Positions 54,525 to 64,000 of a stretch of 64,000 bases of DNA are shown piece after piece. The notes under the pieces are model-generated. The model made no database searches. It was not told where the DNA came from and was given only the letters and a program-made list of their open reading frames with translations. Made by a program: the position numbers and the translations under genes. The first letter of the stretch is position 1; each line of letters opens with the position of its first letter. The stretch is from Camelus ferus (Eukaryota), in contig NC_045697.1 in NCBI RefSeq assembly GCF_009834535.1, positions 47,866,001-47,930,000 of the forward strand, in the 5' to 3' direction.

Positions 54525-57500
54525 TTTGATGTGAATTTGCATTGCCCTAAAGACCAAGATGTTGAGCATCACTTCATGTGCTTAATGGTCAATTGTATTA
54601 TCTTCTTTTGTAAAGTGCCTGTTCAATTCTTTTATCCCCTTTTTGGAAAATTAGGTTAATAATCTTCTTATTGGGTTATAAGAGTTCTTCATATATTCTG
54701 ATACAAGTCCTTTGTTAGATATACGTGTGCCAAATATTTTCCCCCAATCTGCAGCTTATCATTCCATTTTCTTAGTGGTGTCTTCTCATGATGAAAGTTT
54801 TTAATTTTCATAAAGTCCAATTTAGCAGCTTATTCTTTGATGGCTCATACTTTTTGTGTGCTAAGAAATCTTTGCCTAATCCAAGGCAATAAAGATATTC
54901 TCCTAGAAATTTTTCTTCTAAAATTTCATGGCTTTAGCCCTTACAGTTAGATCTATGACCTATTTTGAATTAATTTTTGTGTTTGATGTGAGGGAAGGGA
55001 TACCTAGCTATTTCAGTACCATTTATTGAAAAAAAAAAAAAGAATTATTTACTCATATAATTCTGGTACTTTTGTCAAAAACCAGTTGGTTTGGGTCCAT
55101 TTCTGAATTCTCGATGTTCAACCTTTATATATTTTATCCCTATGCCATACCACACTGTCTTGATTACTGTAGCTCTATAGTAAAGTCTTAAATCAGGTAA
55201 TGCAACTTTGCTTAAATAACTTTGGTCTTCCTTTTTAAAACCATTTTTCTATGCCAGGTGCTTTATCTCACCATTTAAATATTAGAATAAGCTTGTCCAT
55301 TTCTAAATTAAAAAAAAATTGTAAGGCTTCTGGGAGTTTCATTGGGATTACATTAAATCTACAGAAAACTGTGGAAAGAATTCCATCTTAACAATATTGT
55401 ACTTCAAATCCACAGCCATGGTATATCCTTTATTTGCTTAGGTATTCCTTAAACTTTCAGCAACATTAAGTAGTTCTCTCTAAAAAGCCTTACACATCTT
55501 TCGCTGTATTTATTCATAAGTATTTTACTTGTTTTTATGCTCTTGTGAATGGAAGTGTTTTATAAATTTCATTTTGATTTATCTATTGCTAGTACATAGA
55601 AATTCAGCTGATTTTGTATGTTGAACTTGTATCCTGATCTTGTATCCTGTAATTCATTTATGAGAATTCACTCACTAGAATATCTCAGGATCATATCTTC
55701 TAAGAATAAAAAAAGTTTTTATTTCTTCCTTTCCCATATCTATGCCCTTTATTTCTCTGACCTGCTACAATACTGAATATAAATAGTGAGGGCAGAGATC
55801 TTTGCCTTAAGTAGAAAAGCATTCAGTCTTAATGATCTCATCATTAAGAATACTAGCTGTTGATTTTTCATAAAAGCACTTTGTTAAGCTGAGGAAGTTC
55901 ACTTCAAGTCCTAGTATTCTGAAAGTTCTCATCATGGATAGGTGTTTTCTGAAATGCTTTCTCTGCATCTACTGAGATGATCTTAAGGTGTTTACTCTTT
56001 ACTCTATTAACATGATATACTAACTGATGTTCAGATGTTAAATCAACTTTGTATTCTTGGACTAAATCTCCTTAATGTGTACTAAAATTTACATACATAC
56101 ACTTATACATGCACACATACATACTGCTATTCAATCTGCTAATATTTTATTAAAGATTTTTGCTTCTATTCTCATGAATATTGGTCTGTAGCTTTCTTGT
56201 GTTGCCGCTGTCTAGCTTTAATATCAGGGTAATGTCAAGCTCATTAATGAGCTGGTAAATGTTCCTTCCCCACTATTCTCTAAAGAAGTTGTGAAGGATT
56301 CCTATTATATCTGCCTTAAATGTTGGATAGAATTCACCAGTAAGAAATCACATGAGCCTGAGCTTTTCATTGTAGGAAGCTGTAAATGACTAATTCAATT
56401 TCTTTACTTGATACAGATCTATTGAGATTTTCAATTTATTCTAGACACTTTAAGTAATTTTTGTCTTTCAAGATATTTGTCCATTTCATATAAACTGTCA
56501 TATTCATTGGCAAAAGTTGTTCACAATATTACCTTATTATCTTTTAATGTCTATAGGATATGTACTGATGTCCTCTTTCATTCCTGATCTTGATAATCTA
56601 TGTCCTTTTTTTTTAAATCAGTCCATTTAAAGTTTTATCAATTTTATTGATTTTTTCAATAAACTAGTTTTCCTTTCATTACTTTTCTCTGTTCTTTTCC
56701 TTTTTCTATTTCATTTACTTCCATTCTGATATTTATTATTTTCTTCCTTCTACTTACTTTGGGTTTGATTTGCTTCCTTTTTTCTAGGTTCTTAAGAGGT
56801 AAAAGTTTAGAACAACGATCTTAAATTTTTCTATTCTAATTTAGCCTTTAAAGCTATAAATTTTCATATAAGTACTGCTTTAGCTACACCCCACTAGTTT
56901 TGACATGTGTTTCATTGGCGTTCAATTCAAAACATTCTCTAATTTCTCTTGTAATTTCCTCTTTGATCTATGGATTACTAAGAAATGGACTGTTTAACTT
57001 TAATGTATTTGAAGATTTCTCATATTTATTTTGGTTACTGATTTCTGACTTAACTGTTATGATTAGGAAACATACTCTGTATGATTTCAATCCTTTTAAA
57101 TTCATTAAGACCTGTGTTATAGCCTAGCAAACGATCTAACCTGAATGCTCCATGCATACTTCAAAAGTGTGCACCGAACACTTTCTATTGTTAAGTGACA
57201 TGTTCTACAGCTAGCAGTAAAGCCAAGCTGACTGACAGTACTGTTCAAGTCTTTTATATCCTTATTGATTATCTACATACATGTTCTGTCAGTGATTAAG
57301 AGAAGAATATTAAAATCTCCAACTGGACTTCATGATTAGTCTGTTTCTCCTTTCAATTCTGTCAGTTTTTGCTTCACTTATTTTGTGGCTCTTTTTTTAG
57401 ATAAGCATGTCCTTTTAGTAAGATAGAATATCCACCTTTTTCTCTAGTAAATTTCTTGTCTTAAAATCTATTTTGTCTGGTATTAAAATAGCCAACCCAA

Positions 57501-57900
57501 TTCTCTAATGCTTATTGTTCTCAACGTATATCTTTACTCTTCATTTTATTTTCAGCCTATTTGTATGTTTGAATATCAAGTGTGTCTCCTGTTGACAGCA
57601 TATAATTGGATTGTTTTTTCATCATCTTAGAATCTCTGCCTTTTGGTTGAAGTGTTTATTCAATTTCCTATTAAGCCAACTAATGATGTGGCTGGATTTA
57701 GGTCTTTATTTTGTTATGTGTTTTCTGTTTGTGTCATCTCATTTGTTCCTCTGTTCTTCTATACTGCCTTCTTTTGTTTTAAACGAAAAATTTTAGTATA
57801 TCAGTTTTATTCCTCTATTTAGTTTTAAGCTCTATCTCTTTTTGTGTACGTTTTTACTCGTTCTAGAGATTACAATGTGCACATTTATTTATTACAACCT
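54525..57900 (-). mobile_element. Long antisense L1M ORF2 remnant
   Basis: Motifs gatgttgagcatc, gtcttgattactgtagct, ttggatagaattcaccagt, taaagctataaatttt and ttaaaatctccaact. Confidence 0.88.
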
Positions 57901-58029
57901 ACTTCATCTTAATACTTACTTCCAGAAAACAATAGATTTGTGCCTAACTCCATCCCCCCCACCTCATCTCACTGTGATATTACTGTCATATCCAAATGTG
58001 CTTCATCTCCTGTGTATCTATCTTTAAAC

Positions 58030-58775
58030 AATATTCACTGGGCTACTCAAGACAGAAATTAGGGAATCATTCTAGATTCCTCCCTCTTCCTTACCTTCCA
58101 CATCTAATCAATAACTCCTGCTAATTCTACCTCCTCAATATCCCACAACAGACTTCTTCTTCTGTCTTCATTGTCACTGCTCAGTGTCACACTTACATCA
58201 CTCCTTAAAGTCATTCTAATAAGCAAATCTTGTATCATTCTTCTGAGCAATACTTTTCAGTAGCTCCTATCTACATGGAGGACAAAAGTCTAATCTCCAT
58301 GGTATGGCACGCAAAGCCCTCCATGATCTGGCCCCAGCCTATTACTCTTAACTCCACTAGCCTATCTGATAACACTTTATATACCAAAAAATAGAAAGCT
58401 ACTTACAATTTCCTGAAGACTACTTGCCATTTCATACTTTTCTACATTAGTATAGGTCATTTCCTCCACCTGGAATGTTCTCCCCATGCATGTCAGGAAA
58501 GAAAATGCCTACTCATGCTTAAACTCTCAACTTAACTGCTACCTTCTGTATATAATCTGATTCTACAAAGTATCCCACATTCCCCTATGCACTCTGCACA
58601 TCTTCCACTAGCATACTTTCTATATTTTAGAGCAGTCTGTTTTCATCTCTCATCTCTCAATTTGCATCTCCTTAAAGATGGAAATTATCTTTTTATCTTT
58701 TAATCCTCAGTAATAAGTATACTGCCTGGCACATACTAGGCACTCAATAATTATCTGCTTACTCAATAAATGAGT
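58030..58775 (+). mobile_element. L2 LINE 3' fragment
   Basis: aaagccctccatgatctggcccc, cctggaatgttctcccc, and the terminal tgcctggcacatactaggcactcaataa. Confidence 0.8.
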
Positions 58776-59701
58776 TACAATGGTAGAAATTATATATGAA
58801 CATGTGAAAAAGAGTAAATTCTAAAGTAATTATAAAAATAATGGAAAAAAAGAAAAAATTACGGAGAACAAATAGCTACTTTAGGAATTGTAGGGACTCA
58901 GTATTAGAGGCTCGTACTTGTTATGTACCCAGCCAGAACCAAGCTCTTGCATACATTATAACAAAAACACTATGAGAAGATGTTACCATGAAACCCAGTT
59001 TGTGGTTGAATAGAAAGAGGCACAAAAATGTTCAAAAATTTGTTCAAGGTCATAATTAAGTTATAAAGTCAAGATAGAAAGTGGCCTTTGTTAGCCACTG
59101 TTCTATTCTGCTTTTCAACATAGTGCAGTGTTAAATCTTCACCACTCTCTTGAGGGCTTTGCTATCCCTTATTGCTATGTAATTGCTCTCCTCTTTCTCT
59201 ATTTTCTCTTTTCTCTGTGCTTTCACATTTTTCTACTTTTCTACTCTTTTTCCTTTCTCTTCCCTTAATTCTCTCTATTCAATTTTTGTAATGAACATAA
59301 CCTTTACTAAACTATATAATGAGGTATTTCATCCTGATGTACCTTCTCTTTTCTTCTTTACCTGGCACACGGCAGGCATAAAGCAAGAAGGATGTAAGAA
59401 GCCAGGGAAGACAAAAGGTGAGTTAAGATTGCACAGTGTAAAAGAAAGTTTTAAGAAACAGAGAAAACTAGAAATAGGTCTTTAAGTGTGACAAAAGAAA
59501 GATCAGTGATTATTACCAAAAGCAACATTTTTTGGCTGAAGTATGGGAGAAGGATGTAAGGAAGAGTAACACTTGGTAAGGAAATGGAGAGATCTAACCA
59601 CTAAAGACGACCTGCTTGAAAACCCTGGTATGAAACAATGGAAAGAACTAAGATCATAGCTATAAACGATAGCTGAATCAAATGAACGTTTTGTGGTTTG
59701 G

Positions 59702-59943
59702 TTTTTTTTTTTTCTTTGAGTAAAAGTAGATTTATTCAGGGACATACACACTCCATAGATAAGAATGGGGGCCTTCTCAAGAAGCAAAAGAAAGAGAGGG
59801 AGAGAGGCAGCCCCACAGCACAGGGTGATCTAGGAAAGTGAGATTGGCCACAAGGTGTAGGGGTGGTTAAAGTAAAAGTAGATACCCACTCCACAGAGTG
59901 TGGGCCATCTCAGGAAGCAAGAGAGAGCCAAGGTTATGTGTTT
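59702..59943 (-). mobile_element. Polyadenylated ERV-LTR-like fragment with TSD
   Basis: T-tract at 59702-59717, AATAAA on the minus strand at 59731-59736, TSD tggtttggttt at 59694-59704 and 59944-59954, and internal repeat agtaaaagtagat at 59719 and 59871. Confidence 0.65.
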
Positions 59944-60229
59944 TGGTTTGGTTTATTTCTTTAACTAGAGAAATCTGAGTTAATTAAATTAAAATTCAAT
60001 GCTCAGTAAACCAGTTTGTCTAGTGTAGAAAATGAAACCATTAACTCCAAGACATTAAGGACTTTGTCTTGTTCATAGCCATCACACTCAAGGGTTGGCA
60101 CATAACTATAAGTAGAATTATTCTAATCCAAAAAAATCTATAAATTGTAGATAATCCATTCTTTAGTTTCAGTATGTAATCCATATCTTCTGTCAACTGA
60201 ATGCTGCAGTAAATGTGCATTCATGATAC

Positions 60230-60630
60230 AAATATTTGTTGAGGTAGTTGTATCAGATAGTATTCTTGGTCATGAGAATATATTAGTACACAAAACCAAA
60301 AATGCATTTACTCTAACAGGAGGAATTGAACACAAATCCACAAATAAAAAATGTAAGATGCCAGAAGTGATAAGCCCTAAAAAGAATATAAAAACACCAT
60401 AGTAAGAAATCCAGTGAATGGGAAGTAGAGGTTAGTATTTTATACAGGATGGTCACAGCAGGCTCTGTTTAGGTAATATATGAATGAGAACGTGAGTCGG
60501 GCAAATAAGCAAAGAGCACTACAGACAGTGCAATGATTCCAAAGACCTGAGAAGGAAGAACACTTAGTGCTTATGGGGAAGGGCAAGGAAGCCACTATGG
60601 CTGGAGTAAAGGAAATGAAGGGGAGTAAGA
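60230..60630 (-). mobile_element. L2 LINE 3' fragment
   Basis: caaatatttgttgag...tgcaatgattccaaagacctgag...gcaaggaagccactatggctggag. Confidence 0.65.
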
Positions 60631-62829
60631 GAACCAGCTGTAATACACCAATAACTCATCTATAATAGTTATAATCATACCTAATCATCACTGGAGCCTT
60701 TCACACAGAAATAGTTTTTAAACTAATGGATGGAGGGGCGGGTGGGGAGAATTGAGGGAAACCTCAAATTAGTTACCCTGCAAAAATTCCCTATGTTTTA
60801 GCATTCATTTTTTCTTTATATAACCAAAGAATTCTAATTGTTTCAATAATGCAAGCAATACTCTGAAGTTCAGCATGTCGATCCATTAATTAAAAATCAT
60901 TCACATTAGATTTCAGTAATTGTATATTCATTACTCTCAAATATGATACAACACCAACTTCCTTAAAGAAAACAGCGGCCTACTCAATAGGTGTGAATAC
61001 TCTTTGGACAAGTCTGCTGGAATATCCTACTGACAAGACTCCAACTGGAACACTGATGTCCAGTTCCAAGAGCTTGTGTGTTCAGAGGAATGCACATCAG
61101 TGGGTCTAATTTTCTAATCATGTCCCTTTCCTGCCTACCTGCCAATAACTTGGTATGGTTAAAAGAAATTCAATTATTTCCACACATGCCGTAGTACCTA
61201 CTATGGGTTAATATGCCTAATAGAAAATTGATTCCATTAAGCCAAGATATTTTTCATATCAGCATTTTTTGTTTAGTAAGTGCTAAATAATAAGATTGGG
61301 AATAAAGAAAATAAAAAAAATCAAAATACATATTAGAGATGAAAGAATTCAGAGGGCATTTATTTTGGGGGGAAAAAAGCTAGTTGACAAAGCAAAATAA
61401 AGCCCAGTTTTTTCCAAGAAATTGTTAAAAGCAAGTTTCAAATGTCCTTTTTTAATGAGATAAAAAAGAAATACTAAGAAAACAAGCCAAATGTGCATTT
61501 GAAAAATAGAGAACTTGCCTATAGTTACGTAAGTAATTAAAACAAATAAAACTAAACATGCTGCAAAATATGCACATTCAATCCAGCCAAGATGGTTACA
61601 CCCACTCCCATTAGAAAAACAAAATGTAAGACAAAATGGGAAACTAATGAGCTCAGCTGCAAGGGCTTGTTTGTTTTTTAATTCCATCCATTTGCTCAAA
61701 ACGTAATTTCTATTTTACCCTTACGTCTCTTGTCGGCTATAAGGGGAATCAAATGTTCCTAAACAAGAATCTGAATAAGCTCTGAAAATGCGTAATACAA
61801 GTTTCATTTGTTCTAACACATATCTGGTGTGTTCTGTTTTAACATTTTTGACAGGTTAATCCTTTGTCTTCATGTTTAAAGAACACAAATGTTTTTTGCC
61901 AGTGCTGTTGAACAGATCATGTTGGGGTGAAAAGAAAAAGTTATAGAGGAGGAAGGCCTGTCTGTTTTTCCAAGACGCTTTGTTAAGCAAATGGAGGAGG
62001 AAACATACCTAGGTAACTTGACCATGGAATACAGATGCTATGATTCATTATGAAAGTAGAAATAAAGCCCACTAATAAAAATAAACATTTTAAAGGGAAA
62101 TTTTTCTTATCTGAAACAAAGAAGTAAGTTATTTGAAAACCTTTCAGACTAAAAATAATAATCCCAAATTTTGCAGTAAAAACGGTGATAAAAACATCTC
62201 AACACTAAAGAAAATTGAGGCCAAGAGAGTTACAAAGAATGGATAAAGTAACAAAGGTGACAAAATTAGTTTCTGTGAAAAACCAGTTCACCATGCAAAG
62301 CAAGGCACTAGCTAAAAACAGATATATTCAGTATTCAGTTTCAGTTTTAATTGACTATATTTAGTATTTTTTGGTTTTGTTGAGCTTGACTTTAATTACA
62401 AAAAAATTATGAGAATTATTTTCAAATTTAATTGCAATTCTGGTTTAATTTTTTTAAATAATGTTCAATTTCAGGTCTTACTTGGGAAAGAATGTAAGTC
62501 TGATTCCATGAAAACAAATACTACTATAATGCAAGTGCCTAATAAAAAGTGCCAAACCTCGGTCCAATATCCCATAAGGATGTGTTATTCAATGCAGACT
62601 ACTAAAAATAAACAAAACTCTAGTACCGCAAAAGAATTGGAGGGTACATTTGAATTTGTTTACAGTATAGAACATGATCTATAATTCAGATGAGCGTTAG
62701 TGGCTATCATGTATGAATTTTAGCAGGATGTTTTTTAGTTTAACTAGAGTTAAAATTTGAAGACTAATCTACTAAAACAGTGTTAAAATATTTGCTCTAT
62801 TTACACTATAAAACTTTATTTGAAATAAC

Positions 62830-63750
62830 ATCTATCTACAGCAGATATCCAGCTCCATCTAAAAGAAACTGTGTCTCCAAATGGACTTACTTTTCCTCCC
62901 AAATCTACTCCCTGCTTCCATAAATGGTATCAGTTTATTAGGAAATGCCTAGGCTTAATCTCAGCATCATTTGATACTTCCCTTTCTCCCTCTCAACCTG
63001 TCCACTCCTAACTACTTAGTGCAAAGTCCTATTATTTTTGACAACTGTCCTCTTCACTTCAGTCTCATTACGAAGACTTTAGTTTAAACATTATCTTTAT
63101 TAGTCTCTGGCGATTGTACCTGAACTGGTCTCCTGATCTCTAGTTTTGATTCATGCCAATACATCTTACAAACTTTTGCTAGATCAAAGCTCTAAAGAAT
63201 TTCCCACCTTAAAAATTTCTAAGAGATTCTTGCTGAATATAGAATAAAAGTACAAGATCTTTAGGACCTTTTTCCAAGATCTTGCTCAATATGGTATCAA
63301 TCTACCTAACATATTCTCTCATTTCAACATAGAAGTACCATTCACTAGAGCCAAAGAGAACTAACTGATATTTCTGGAATGGGGCCTATAATTTCTGACT
63401 TTACTTCAGTGTATATGATTAACAGATTCTTTCTACTTAAAATTATACTCCCCTTAATCCACTCATCAAATTATTCATGGTACAGTTTAAATGTTACCTC
63501 CTTCAGGATGCCTTCTCTGATTTCCCCACCATGTAAACCCCTCCTCTATTGAACATCTACAGTGCCCTGTAAATTTATCATATAACACTTCATACTTTAT
63601 AACAAGGCTATTTATGGAGCAAACTTAATTCTCTTACTAGGTTTCATAAGGGGGGAAATACCCAGAAGGGAAAGCTGCTTAAGGGAAATAACTACAGAGC
63701 CACACACTGTAAGCACTCATGTATATATGCTGACTGCTGACATAAATGAG
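62830..63750 (+). mobile_element. L2 LINE 3' fragment
   Basis: Motifs aactggtctcctg, aaatgttacctccttcaggatgccttctctga and taagcactca. Confidence 0.7.
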
Positions 63751-64000
63751 CATACGTACTATATTGATAAAGAGGTACGGAATAGTATGATGATAACATA
63801 CCTAGTGAGTACTATGTCCCAGTAATTTAAAAGTAGACTATGGCCTAAATTTAAAGAATTGGTATTATAAAATAGGATTTCAAATTATATTAAATCACCA
63901 ACATTAATGCCAAAGGAAAAAGAATCAAACCCACATGTTCTTAGATAATATAAAACTCAAATACCAGGACGTATTATTTATTCTACACAGATATTAGCAG

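Noticed and set aside
52600..64000. Next upstream MRPL1 coding exon
   Set aside because: I found no segment translating to the expected preceding MRPL1 sequence, so it probably lies beyond the window.

Overview
AT-rich, repeat-dense mammalian genomic DNA. It is most likely camelid: there is a Vic-1-like tRNA-derived SINE and cetartiodactyl-type young L1 3' ends, and I saw no Alu, Bov-A/BovB or PRE-1. The only protein-coding gene I can support is MRPL1 (mitochondrial ribosomal protein uL1m) on the minus strand. Its last three coding exons are 51708-51602, 29890-29809 and 28280-28171, with consistent GT-AG splice sites and phases, followed by a short 3'UTR and AATAAA at 28002-27997. Positions 51.7-64 kb are the upstream intron and 1-28 kb is downstream intergenic DNA (towards FRAS1 if human synteny holds). 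The rest is decayed L1, L2, MIR, MaLR/ERV LTRs and hAT/Tigger DNA transposon relics. The supplied ORF track is almost entirely spurious. I found no new multi-gene system. The most interesting observations are a stop codon three codons before the apparent ancestral MRPL1 stop, a candidate cassette/poison exon upstream of the first exon seen, a GC-rich 3'UTR retrocopy, two polyadenylated LTR fragments, an internally deleted L1 fused to its own 5' terminus, and a fold-back palindrome. Repeat family names are from memory of consensus sequences, and repeat boundaries are approximate unless a TSD is given.
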